A stretch of 64,000 nucleotides of DNA, taken from positions 13,888,001 through 13,952,000 of the forward strand of contig OZ004613.1 of NCBI GenBank assembly GCA_963924565.1. Reading direction: 5' to 3'. Source of the DNA: Ascidiella aspersa. Lineage: Eukaryota. The translations under genes were made by a program, and so were the position numbers. The notes beneath the pieces were generated by a model that was given only the letters and a program-made list of their open reading frames with translations, made no database searches and was not told the DNA's origin. Shown one piece after another: positions 27,301 through 39,087 of this stretch; positions within the stretch are counted from its first letter, which is position 1, and each line of letters starts with the position of its first letter.

Positions 27301-30300
27301 AAAACGTTTAGCGTTTAACATGCGTTTACACCGTTGCTGGTCACAAATATTCTGTGCTGCAATGACTTAAGATATTGGCTAGACTAGTGTACTAATTACG
27401 TTTTTATTGCTAAAACTTAGAATGTCGTCGTACAATCTCTGGTTTTAAGTTGCATCGATTAGGTCTTCCGAGCTAAATGACTTAATTTGGACTTAATTTA
27501 TGCTACAAGTTATTTTAAAATTACTCATAAAATTTAAAAAATAAAAAAGGATGGCCAATGGAAGGCCTCGTTTGTCGCTATTCCTATATAGCATGGTAAA
27601 CATCAAAGCTATTCTTTTTCCGCGGTTGTTGTTATTAAATCACAGGCGCGAGAAATGCTGGAGAGAGATGGGGAACCGGACGTGGAGAAGCGCTACCAGT
27701 TGCACGACGACCTGGAGTGCGGTAACTTTCAGTGGTACATGACGGAGGTCTACCCCGACCTGTACATCGTACCCCACGAGGATATCGTGCTTCACGGCGA
27801 GGTACAAGAGAAAGTAGTTCCTATATACTGATAAAGTCTCTCATGCAAAGTGTAAGCGACCTTCATGCTGGAAGGGATCAAGACGCCTCCCGAACGTTCA
27901 ACTTTGCAAAGAGTTTGCAAATTGTGAATCGAGGCAGCCACGCGAAATAAACAAATTATGTTGAATAAATACAAAAATGTGGGAAAACAACGTTTATTTG
28001 AAAAAAAGTGTTGGACTCTTTTATACTCCCTCTTAAGTTGACATTCACCCTAAATTAATTATATAAAGTTTTTTATTTGCCGCAAAACCTCTTTTTGGTT
28101 CTAAAAATTAAATTTACTCTGGGTTACATTTCCACAGTACAAAATGTACTGATATATCATAATTGCATCAAACGCTGACCATTGGGTTAAAGATAATCGT
28201 GTATAGAGAACTGAAGAAACGTTTTAAATCAGTACTTTGTAAGTGTGCCGTGACTCGACACCCCTGTCACAGTTTTATTTACTTCTTAATTGGCGTTCTA
28301 CTTCTTTCTTAATTTCTTGAATATTTTGTTAAATATTTTAACACGTTGGCAATCCAATCACTTTCTTGTGAAACAGGCGAGGTGTTCTAGCAACAAGGAA
28401 TGGTGTTTGGAGTCTAACAACGTGCACGGCAATCCAGGATCTGTAGTAGACGTGGCGCCATGCCATGGTTTAGGCAAGGGACAGGTACTGTACAGTATAC
28501 CTGGAGAATTTTAATAGCTGTTTATTAACAACGCATTGCCTTGGTGGGTAATTTGCTTCGCTGTATACGCTTGCCCAGAAGTAAATCAAATATGTATAAT
28601 ATAGAAAAAATATGAATAACACGGAAAGATGGATACTTATAAATATATAAACGTTTTGAAATAACTTGATTTTATTTTTGTAATTTGTGTTGCCCTAACA
28701 TTTTGATATTTTGTTCTCGTTGTCACTAATTCGGCTGCCTTATCTTGTAGTTTAAAGAGAACGTTCCAGTTTTTAAAATGGATTTAAAATATGTTCTTAC
28801 GGTGTATCCTATGTTTCAGTACTACGAGCTGACAGAACAGGGCGAAATCCGGCAAAACACAATCTCGGAGCTGTGCTTGTCGGCCAAAGGCAGCGAGGTT
28901 TGGACGATGAAGTGCAGGTATCCCTGGCACGACGTACCCGACTCGCAGAAGTGGCTCGTCATGCCGGTAAGTCACCACACGATTATAAACAGCTGGAAAC
29001 TTAACGCGATATCAGCAGTGTTAAAATATTGAGTTTTTTGTTGGGTTTTCCGTAATGACCGGATGTAAAAAAATTGGATTTGCACATGTAAAAAGGCGTT
29101 TGCTGTATCTTCCACGAAGTATTTTAACTGTCGCGCATTGTGAAACCAACCGAAATTGCATTTAAAATATTCGTAACTACACGGGAGTCGGATAATTACG
29201 AGAGGAGACGTCGCAACTACCAAAAAATCAACTCTACTATTTGGTTGCTGCAAGTTGTTCAATGTAAATCACACAGTCATTTATTACAGGACGGCCAAAT
29301 TCTCCACCCGCATACAAACCTATGCTTAACGAGCAATCTGCAGAAACGTCAGGTAACGTTGCTAAAATGCGTCAAGAAAAGCACAAGCCAAGTATGGATC
29401 ATTGGACAAAAGGATGGATACGAAGAAAGTAAGTTTTCGTTTCCAATTTGGCGCTAGGTATTCAAATGGTAAGACATTCAAATGAAAAAGTATGCCCCTA
29501 TTGAGAATACAACACAAGATGTATTTTAAAAGAATGAGATTAAAGTGCAAGCAAGGACAGACTAGAAAACACAACTATATAGCTTGCAGTAAAGTTCGAA
29601 CTCGCGACTATAACTGAGCTACACAGGTTCAGAGGGGCGCTCGTCGAGAAACAACCATAGCACCACCAACGCCTGCTGCATCTTGTTCGAACATGAAAAA
29701 TACGGGATGTTTATCTCCTTCAAACTTCTATGGAAGGAGATAAACATCCCGTATTTTCAGTCAATAAAACGTGCACAATACATAATGTGTATTGTGTTAT
29801 TAAGCCACACCCATTATAGAGTACCTACTGAAAATCCTGTGTTTTTGTACAGATGGCCTTTATTTAAGAAACTAAACTATCACTTGAACTTTGCTGCGGA
29901 AGTGTAATAAAAAATTCGGTCACCTCAGTTTTTGCCTCAATAAGTTAAACAAAGATAAGTCTGGTAAATATACGTTTGGTGAACGCATTTGTTAGTCACT
30001 GCTTACTGAAATTGATACGCGATTGCCTTGCTCGGCATAGCGCTTCAACTATCTCGAATGCATTATTCTTGATCTATAGAGCTGCAATAAGTTACTTAAT
30101 TTTTAAAGTACGCAATGAAGAACAAAATTAATTGGTTTTCATTAATTTAATATATTGTTGTAGGAGTTATTAACTGCTTATTAAACTATAACAGTGTAGT
30201 CTTTTGGGGGTCACAGGCATATTAGCCGGTTAAGTTTGTCGTTTTCATTATGACTTTAGAGATCAACATTGTCATGTTATGTAAAGCATTTATCCATTCC

Positions 30301-30690
30301 GTGAGCAATGCGAGGCACAAAGTGTTGCGCTCAACAGAGAGATAATATACAAATCAAATGTTAAGGACTACCAAACTAGACCCATAGCTATCCGTCATTG
30401 TATTGTCGAAATAAATTGTCAAAAACATAAAATACTATTCATGAAACACAAAATTCAGCCTAATAAATTGAATGCAAGTCTTTCACTTTCCTAAGTCGTT
30501 CAAATTTATCGTTCGGGAGCTGTAACATAATGGAACTTTTTGCACAGGCCCTGTTGAATATGATGCGACGCAGAACGGTACTGATACAGCTCAAGTCGAA
30601 GGTAACAAGCAGTCTGGACAGAATAAGACTGCAACCAACAAAGATTACGTCATAATGTACGAGGAAGGTGCCATTGAAAATGGAAAGTAG
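24330..30690 (+). CDS. GALNT: Second GALNT 3' half (C-terminal catalytic region + ricin lectin + extra tail); probable alternative 3' exon cassette B of the same gene (~698 aa if joined to exons 1-5)
   Basis: Exons 24330-24437, 26538-26655, 26853-27032, 27646-27801, 28377-28484, 28820-28966, 29290-29428, 30548-30690. All are GT-AG, open and in phase. Motifs: [74 protein letters not shown]. No N-terminal GALNT exons are seen in 21162-24329. If the last intron is retained, the frame stops at 29457. Confidence 0.85.
24449..25982. mobile_element. hAT-type non-autonomous element in first intron of GALNT cassette B
   Basis: TIRs CAGTGATTGTCAACC / GGTTGAAAAGCACTG; TSD AGTTAGTG / AGTTATTG. Confidence 0.7.
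24872..25467. repeat. ~600-bp foldback/palindromic element nested in the above
   Basis: Arms GCAAAAAGGTCTAGGACAATTAGGGGATCCAA..AGTCTGACTTTTA and AATAATACTTGACCTACCTGAACCTAAAC..AAATAATGTGCGTT recur as reverse complements at ~25255-25425. Confidence 0.75.
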
Positions 30691-31632
30691 GTTTGGCGGA
30701 TCTAAGGAGAAGCCAGCATAAAACTCTTTTCTACGATAATTTCAACGCGACGTGAGCTTTTATTCTGTGGCGTGTGGATGTAGTAGTATGTCACGACAGA
30801 TTTGAATACGAAGGTGCCCGCGAAAAAAAAGCATTTCAAACCTAATAAACCAAAAAGTTAATGAAGCTATTGTCGCACATTAATTTAAAACGTCAGACAT
30901 CGCCAGATTTGGCAAGCAAGAATAAAATAAGTACTGTGGACTCGATAGTGCAATACGTTGCCTAATCGTAGTTATTGGGCGCTATCTGTCGCGGCAAAAC
31001 TTCCTCGTATAGGGATTTGCCAAAGCGTTTATATTTTACTGCGTAATTTGTGGACGCTTTTTTAAGCCAAACATTACGCACACCAGACAGGCGTGTTGGG
31101 GTTCTTTGGATAAAATATAAACGCAAAATATGTACAGCTGCGATTTTAACCAGGTTTAGCTTGTGTTTATCCATTTAATCGTGGTTAACCTAAAGTAAAA
31201 CAGAAAACAGTTGCAGCACATTTTTTCACTTTAACATGAACATGTGGGTGAACAATACTGGGGTGTTAAAACATTTTTAATTCAAACTGTTTGTGCCAAA
31301 ATGATCTTTCATCAATCAAATTTAAAATGCTATATGCACGGACCTAATTCTAAAATATGTAGAAATTATTCTAGATTCTAGCATAAACCTTATCAAGACT
31401 AAAACAACATTGTCTTTTTGAGACTAAAATAGCAAGGCCAACATTTAACAAAAAAGTTACAGCAAAGGAAATATTTGAGAATAAAGGGTTGTTAATATAA
31501 AGATAGAAAAAATATTTAGTGAAAGGTAGTTTAGTTCGCTAAATTTTTTAAATAACCCAATTGACCTTGCACATAAAACAAAATCATTTTTGTGAAATAT
31601 GCAACATTAAATTATTAAATTTGTTTGTAAAT

Positions 31633-34600
31633 TTAGCCAGATTTTTTAGCTTTTGGAATGCTACATCCGTCAGCGAACTTGGTGTTCTTTGCCGTTATAC
31701 GTCCTAGGTAGGGTGCCATCTTTGAGACGAAGGGCAGTACTGTGCCGTAGTGCGGACTGCGCTGTTTCGCCTTCAGATCATCGACCAGTCCCATCCAAGA
31801 ATCGCCGCTTAAATCCAACGAGTCGAACTCGTAACCGAAAAGCTGCTTGTAGTAGAACGAGTTACGCACGGTCCACACTTTGTCGTTGAGTGTCACCTTG
31901 TTCGGGTTCATAGTCGCGTTGCAGAAAGGCGACATGGGAAAGTCGAACGACTGGTAGTAGGTGCTCGTCATTTTTTGTCCACTCTAAACAGATAGATTGG
32001 GCAGAACTCGAAAAACGCACAAAACTCTACACGACGCGCATCGCTTTTCAGTTAATTCCGAACATTCCTAAACTCATTGGTGTACGCTGGGTCGTTACAG
32101 GTTTTTTTTTAAGGTTTGGTTTGGGTGACCGCTAAGTAGTTTTAAGAGACCGCAAGTGTTTCATTTAAATACCAAAAAGTTGCAAGTCCAAAATTTGGGA
32201 AACCGCTGGAGAAATTTGGGGGACCGTTTCGGAACACCAAGACCTAAATGTTTAGATACCAAATTAAAACGTTTATCTAACTCCAACCCTACCCCTAAGT
32301 ACATCTCTAGCTTTCCTAATAATTTTTACAACCCAAATGCTAACCCCACCTCTCACCCTCCACTAATCCCAAACAGGGGAAACAATCCGGTGCCAAACAA
32401 CGGCACCCTGACGGCGCCGGTCAAACTAGGACGGCCAAACTTCGACATCAAAACGGCCGATGCCAGACCGGTGCCCCCATCGCCCTATTTCTACTACCTT
32501 CATTTTAAGGCGTTATTTGGTCCATTTAGCCTTATTCTGGTGAATTTAGGGCATATCGTGATAAATTTAGGACGTCTTTCAAAAGATTTAGATCTTATTC
32601 TATCGTGGATATTACTGCGTATTTGGCTTTATAATGTCGTTGGTCCTAACGCTATATGGTATGATGGAGTATTTTGCTTTATACATTGTTGCTTTGTGGG
32701 CTACGTCTTATTGCGTGTTCCTCATAAGGCAACGCAAAAAAAACTTCACGTTATAAAAAAGTTGGGGGTTAAATATTCAAAGAGGAAAATATAAACCCCG
32801 AAACACTAATCTTTTAACAATTTTAAACTTTGTTGTAAAAATAATTGATATTTTTTCACTTACGTTATGTATTGAGCCCATTGTTAAGTTGGTCTTCACA
32901 AGTAACTATTGTCAGTGAGACAAATTAATAAACCGGTGAAAGTATTTTAAGTCATTTGAACGAATCACTAATTTTTCCAAAAAATTCAGCTAAAAATAAG
33001 TCAGTCGAAAGCAGTCTAAAGTCACCTCAAGTCATTGGAATTTTGAACAATTACAATTCTCGAAGGGTTACGGAACACAATTGTGAAGCAAAATCAACTT
33101 ACGTCTACGTAAGAACCCACGAAGCTACTATTAGTCCAATCCTGATCCGCCGCCGCATCGTGCAACGTCTTGTACAAAGCCCACAGCCTGTCGATCTGAC
33201 TGTGGTGCAGGGCAAAAACAGGATCAAAAGCCGAATAGGAGACGCTCAGCATGCTGTACAAGCATAGTTTGTCTCCAATCGTGTCTTTCCTCGTGCACAA
33301 GCAGTTGTGGATCTGAGTTTAGGATTTCAAAGGACTTGTTGCAAATTTCTTATAATGCTCGGTTGAAGTGTTAAGGTGTTAAAATCACAAACTTACAAGT
33401 ATAGATCTTAAGACTGTTTATTTATTAAAACAGATAAAACATAAAATCATATAAAAAAAAATAGAATCTATTTGAATAAGAAACTGATGCCTTATAGGCG
33501 TAATATATATATTTCTGTAAGATTTTAAGAAATGATTTTATGTTTTATCTGTTTTAATAAATAAACAGTCTTAAGATCTTTGGATACGAAGACAAGAATC
33601 TTTCTTTTACAATTTATTGTCCTCGGGAGATCCTTACTTTCTAAAGTGTTTCAACTTACAAGTATATTAACAACAACAAAAAAACTGCACAAAATGCGAT
33701 GGTATAGGTCAGGAGTGGGCAACGTGCTGCCAGTGGGCCGCATGCGGCCCTTCACCTTCTTATAGCTATCTTTCCCTAAATAAAGCTATGAGTGTGCACC
33801 ATGTTGGGACTTATGCTCTATCAGTTTCCTGTTTGAAGTGCGATGTAACCCATAGGCTACACCGCAACACTAATGCATTTCAACTCAAATGGGAAGCATC
33901 TATTACAAAACAATCTTCATTCATAAAGTTCTACTTGTGTCACGTTGCTACGATAAAGAATTGTTTTGCAACAATTACACTTATCTAGTACGGTCAAGGT
34001 GTAACAGACTTTTGCCACGCATATTGACTGAGATGTTGTGTGTGTTTAACAGCTGGTTTTGAATTAAGGCTTTCAATTAAATTGTAGACTGAGCCGATCC
34101 CTACAAGAAAGGCGTCATTTCTATTGTAAGAAAAGTTATTTCCGAATTCACAAGTAGACAGCATTAACAAAACTGCCGTAGTTGCAGCCTTGTAGCTCAT
34201 TAGTTTTTTTTAGTAAAAGCTGAAAATATGAATTAGTGTTTATTTGATGTGCGGCCCTCCTGTAAGCATTACTTTTCCTTACTGGCCCTTGTGTTAAAAA
34301 GGTTGCCCACCCCTGGTATAGGTGAAGTAAACAAAATTTATAACTATAAACAGTGGTGTAATGACCTAATTATTGACTTGATCAAGTGCTTCTTTAGTCA
34401 CTGGTTTTAAATGGCTCGACTTGACGTTAAATATTTTTATACAAATGACTTGACTTAACTGACGTCTTTTGCACTTACAAACCTAAAGCACAATATTTTA
34501 CTTATAACTGAGTATTTCTATTAAATCATGTTTGAGTAAAGTTGGGTTATTTAGCTAAATATGTGGATTTCCCTACGTAGTTGTTTTCAATATGGTTGCT

Positions 34601-37600
34601 TATCATTTGCTTACTAATATATTGCTCAGCTTCGGACGAGTTTACCGGTTTTATTAGTTTAGCTTTTTTTGTGGTGAATGACTTACTATTTATGATAATT
34701 ACTGACTAGGTCTTTGCTACGAAAACATGATTTTTTGTCTCTATTTTTCTTGTAACTTTACTAGGTCTTAATTGTTTGTTAAATTGTCCGTTTGCAACAC
34801 TGATGCATTAAATCTAATATCGTATACCAAACCATAATCAATGAGTCAGGAACTCTTAATCCGAGTGTGAGTTTGCTAAACTTGTTATAAAAGTTTCAAC
34901 CGCCAGAATCACCTGGTTATGCGGAGACTCGAGGATGTTTTCCATTGTTTCATATGTGGGATGGTTTAGGGAATAAATGACGCTTCGAAGCAGAAGGTCA
35001 TACCAGGATAGGCCCTTCGGCGATATCCAACGGTAAGTGTGCCTAAGAACGGAAAGTTTTGCTTTATTGACTTGAGAAACAAAGACACTGAAGTGCACTT
35101 GATGCACTTGTGATTTTGTGCATAAATTGTTGTTTAAAGTGACTAAAACACAACTAAACTAAATGTGAAACGCGAACGATTGCACAATGAAATATACAAA
35201 TTGAACATCATGTGTTCGTTGTTTATTCCTACGATTTGCTGGAAAATCATACAAGATCCGATTGCAATAGTTAAAAAATAAACATAAATAGGAAAGCAAG
35301 CGTTTTTATCCACCCGCTCTTAGTGCGACTTACGCGGTTTCATTCATGATTGGCTTATGCGATGTCATAACTGTGGAGTAGAACGGGTTCTTCACGTATT
35401 GGTTTATGATGGGATCGAATACTTCCCCAAGGCGGAAAAGGTCGGGCAGATTTTTCCAGCCTTTCTCAGTCCAGTCCCAATAGGGGAATCCAAGACTTTT
35501 GTCTTTCAAGTATTTGTTCATTCCTATAATTTGAAGTAGCTTTAAATTTGTGACAAATTTTGAGCACAGGCCCGTGATCGGCCGCCGTATAAGTCTCGAA
35601 TAGCTAATGTCGTTTTGTTTTTTGTGTAGTTGGTAAAGCAAATTAAAAAATTATTTCTTTAACAAAGTCAAAACAAAGATAACTAACGATTTTTCCGCTA
35701 CAACTTATTGGTTAAGTACAATAAAGTTATCCCAAATTGTTATGTACATTTAAGTCTCGCAATGCATACAATTATCTAAATTTTAGCATGCTTGCATTCA
35801 TGCATATTTGTAATATTTCCTAAAATTACGTTTCGTGTCACACTTAAGAATTGTTTGAGGTACAGGTTTGCTGTTACATGCAGTTAGAGAACCACGATTT
35901 AAACTATATGTGGAAACCATTATGAGTCTTTCCTACTAACATTTCCGCATATTGAGCTAACAATTTTTGCCACCGTATATACCGCCTGCTTATGTGCACG
36001 TCGCCAGATCTTACCCATTTCCAATTGGACGATTATAATTCGATGCCAGGCAAGAAACATAGGGTGACCGTGCCAGCTGCAGTGCCCGTTCGAGTGGCCT
36101 GCGATGTGTTTGTACCATGGGCATTCGAAGGGCCAACCGTGCCATCTCACAATGTACTGAAATGAAGTGTAACATTATTCCCTTTTCAAAAGCTTTTTAA
36201 AGGTCGTATTTAAATTGAATAAAAACCAGGCTATACTTACTGCCAGTTATAAATTGTATCGTTTTACCCCAAAAATGATACGTTTGGAGCCATATACACC
36301 TTGTGTAAATACTATATTTTTTTATTTTTAACAGACTTGAACCCCTATTTAAACTTACAAACGGCGTCAGGTTTATTGATTTGCTTTAAGTTAATATAAG
36401 AAATAAATATACTGCCGAACTCAAACAGCGGTCTCAGAAACACTTAGGGTAAAACAGACGATTGTGCCTCCCATACCCTAAAGCTAAAATGTGTAAACGA
36501 ACTTTCTATAGTAAAGCTGAAAATTGTCGACCGTACATGTCTGGCCCGAGCTCTATAAAGGGAGTAAGGCGTTTAAGGAGTAATCTTCGTCGGTTACTGG
36601 CATATAACATCTGAATTATTCGCCGACTTGTTGTCACGTGTACTGAATGTTAACCGTTTTGGTGCTAAGAGGACGTACCGTTGAAAGTTGAAACAATCTT
36701 TAAAAATAAAAACTCAAAGTCTAGAAATATATCCAGAAACACATACCAGAAATCCATCAGACGAGTTGTCGTTTTTAAACTTGGTATAGGCTTGTATGAG
36801 ATCGTGTTTCTCAGCGTCTGTTAGAATTCTGATATTCTTTCGTATCCTATAGGCTAAAAACAACGTCAGGCTTACCAAAAACATTTTTGCAGTAAAACAT
36901 GTCAGCGTTATCAATATGCATGGCTTTGCTATGAAGATTTTACCATCAGAGATACAACTTGTTATACATACGGATAAATAATAATTTCTTGCCAAACAAA
37001 ACTTTTAATTTGCTTTTTGAGACATGTTTGCTTTATTTTTTTCTTCATGCAAACTTTAAATAAACTGAAGGACGACATTTTTATTTTAAAGATAAACTAG
37101 TTAACTACAAATACAAACTTACGTTTAGTTACGCTGCTACAGGTCCGCGATTCACTCCCCGCTCCGACGCATCGGCTGTTCTTGGTCACTCCCTCGTGCT
37201 TGCAGATTCTCTCCCTGGTCTGTAAACCTCCCCAATCAGAAGTGATGCAAGTGGACCAAGTGCCCCAAGTCGTCCAGGAAACTAGTAAGCAAGGCGGTTA
37301 CTATTACTGACCATATCGTAAATAGCTTGGAAAGTGTTGTAAGGAAGTCCCAGTCAAGTAATTTGTAAAATAACTTAAGTACGTGTTAAGTATTTCTGTA
37401 TAATTCACAAGTTAAGTTCCAGCCAAGCCATAGTTGTAGCCAGTCAATTCCAAGTCAAGTCCTCTTCTTAAAAAAAATGTTAAACACTTTTAATTGTTAA
37501 ACTCGCTCGATTAGAAGCAATAACTCAACTAAAAATAACAAAAACGCAATATTAAGCAAGAAAATTGTTTAATGTAAAAACAATAAGGTAAATAACTTAA

Positions 37601-39087
37601 TTAAAAAAAATGCGAACCATGAAGCATACATCAATGCTAGTTGGCTATAGTACCTGATGGCGATAGGCTGGTTCTGTTTTCAGTACTATAACTAAGACTG
37701 CTTAGAGCGCTCAAACGTTAAACGCAAAACTAGCTTCTTGCGATACTTTAAGTTTTAAATCAAACCGCAGCGACGCTAAAACGCTTAAAGTCACCTACCG
37801 GATAGACAGCCCTTCCTGTTGGCGGCCAGGGCATGCCCGCGCGCGCATGTACACAGGCAGCAGCCGGAACTCTTCTTCAGCAGCTTGCCGTGAGCGCAGC
37901 TGACGTTGCAGTAGACCTGCTTATCGTGGCATGGCTTGCCGCTAACAATGCGTCCGAGCGCGTGAGCCAGGGACCCTGAAGAGGCGTCCTCGAAACGGAT
38001 TTCATCGCTGCTTCTTTGTCTTGTCTCTTGCCGGAATTTGTCATAGAATAGCAAATTTTCCTCCTGGCCATCTGAAACAATCGGCTCATATATATATTTA
38101 CTTTTATATATATATTTACTGGCCTGGCAGGTTCGGGTATCTGCTTTGCAAATGTTGAAAGTTGTTTGTTCAACGGGATGTATTTGGTGGAAAAAATGCG
38201 GGGGTGGACATCAGGCCATATCTCCCACCACGAGACTTGTCAACCCTTTAGCTTCGCGTTAACAGTTATCCAATTTAACTTCGCTGGAGTCTGTTTTAAG
38301 GAAATTTATTCAGTCCAAATAACCCATGCATACTATGGCAGGTTGGCGGTTCGTCGATTGCAATTTTTAAATTAAACTATAAATGCTGCTATATCGAGCA
38401 ATATACAAATCTCGAATCAATAGTAGAAAAAGATAAAAAAATAGCTTCTCAGTCACATTAACTGAAAATAATACAAGTTCGTATCGAAAGGTCTTAATCA
38501 ACTTTCAGTCGATCTACTCGACCTTTTTGGCTTTGCAATTTATTATCAAGATACATAACAGATCCGTGCATAGTGTACTCAAATAAAAAAATATTGTATA
38601 AAAAAATATTTAGATAGCATGGATTCGCGATTAGACTGGATTTAGCTGCAATTTGCAAACCATTTCTTTCTAAAACAACAAATGTTTTTAAGAATTATTG
38701 TTCTATAATGAAACGTCATGACGAAATTTTGTTGCGTCACCCGTAAAAGTTGTCCAACAAAAATCTATTGTAAAAAATTCTCTAGGTTAGAATTTGTTTA
38801 ACTGAGAACAAATTGTCTGGTGTGCTAGCAATTGGCATGGACAAATGTTATATTTTGGTATCTCGGGAATTTCACGCAGGTTTTATTTTGACACAAACGC
38901 TGGGGTGAAACAGCCTAAAAATATATTGTATGTAAACGGTTAACCGTTAACGTCACATAGGAATAAAAGGTCCAACTTTACCCACAAAGAACTTCTTGTT
39001 ACCTTTGTGTTCGATTTCGGAAGTTGTTTCACCAAGCACTGCTGCAAAAACGCACAGAAAAATTAAGGAGGACAGTGATTTTAACAT
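31633..39087 (-). CDS. Tuphoxin-like secreted type-3 copper protein (signal peptide, EGF-like, TSP1, haemocyanin-like tyrosinase domain), paralogue 1, ~548 aa
   Basis: Exons (minus strand) 39087-39003, 38071-37799, 37281-37123, 36853-36747, 36156-36015, 35523-35334, 35042-34913, 33312-33103, 31983-31633. Signal peptide MLKSLSSLIFLCVFAAVLG; TSP1 WTTWGTWSTC..RERIC; CuA WHGWP..CSWHG..WHR; PYWDWT; CuB ESPHNQIHN..AFDPVFALHHSQIDRLW; FGYEFDSL. Confidence 0.92.
33710..34315. mobile_element. hAT MITE in intron of paralogue 1
   Basis: TIRs CAGGAGTGGGCAAC / GTTGCCCACCCCTG, perfect TSD GTATAGGT, subterminal GCGGCCC motifs. Confidence 0.85.

Noticed and set aside
24330-30690. Cassette B as a decayed pseudogene
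   Set aside because: All eight exons are open and in phase with intact splice sites despite heavy divergence from A.
32156-32794. Longest ORF in the track (212 aa, + strand)
   Set aside because: It lies antisense within an intron of paralogue 1, starts at a non-ATG codon, overlaps repeat-like CCCTAA/CGGC-rich sequence, and has no recognisable domain.
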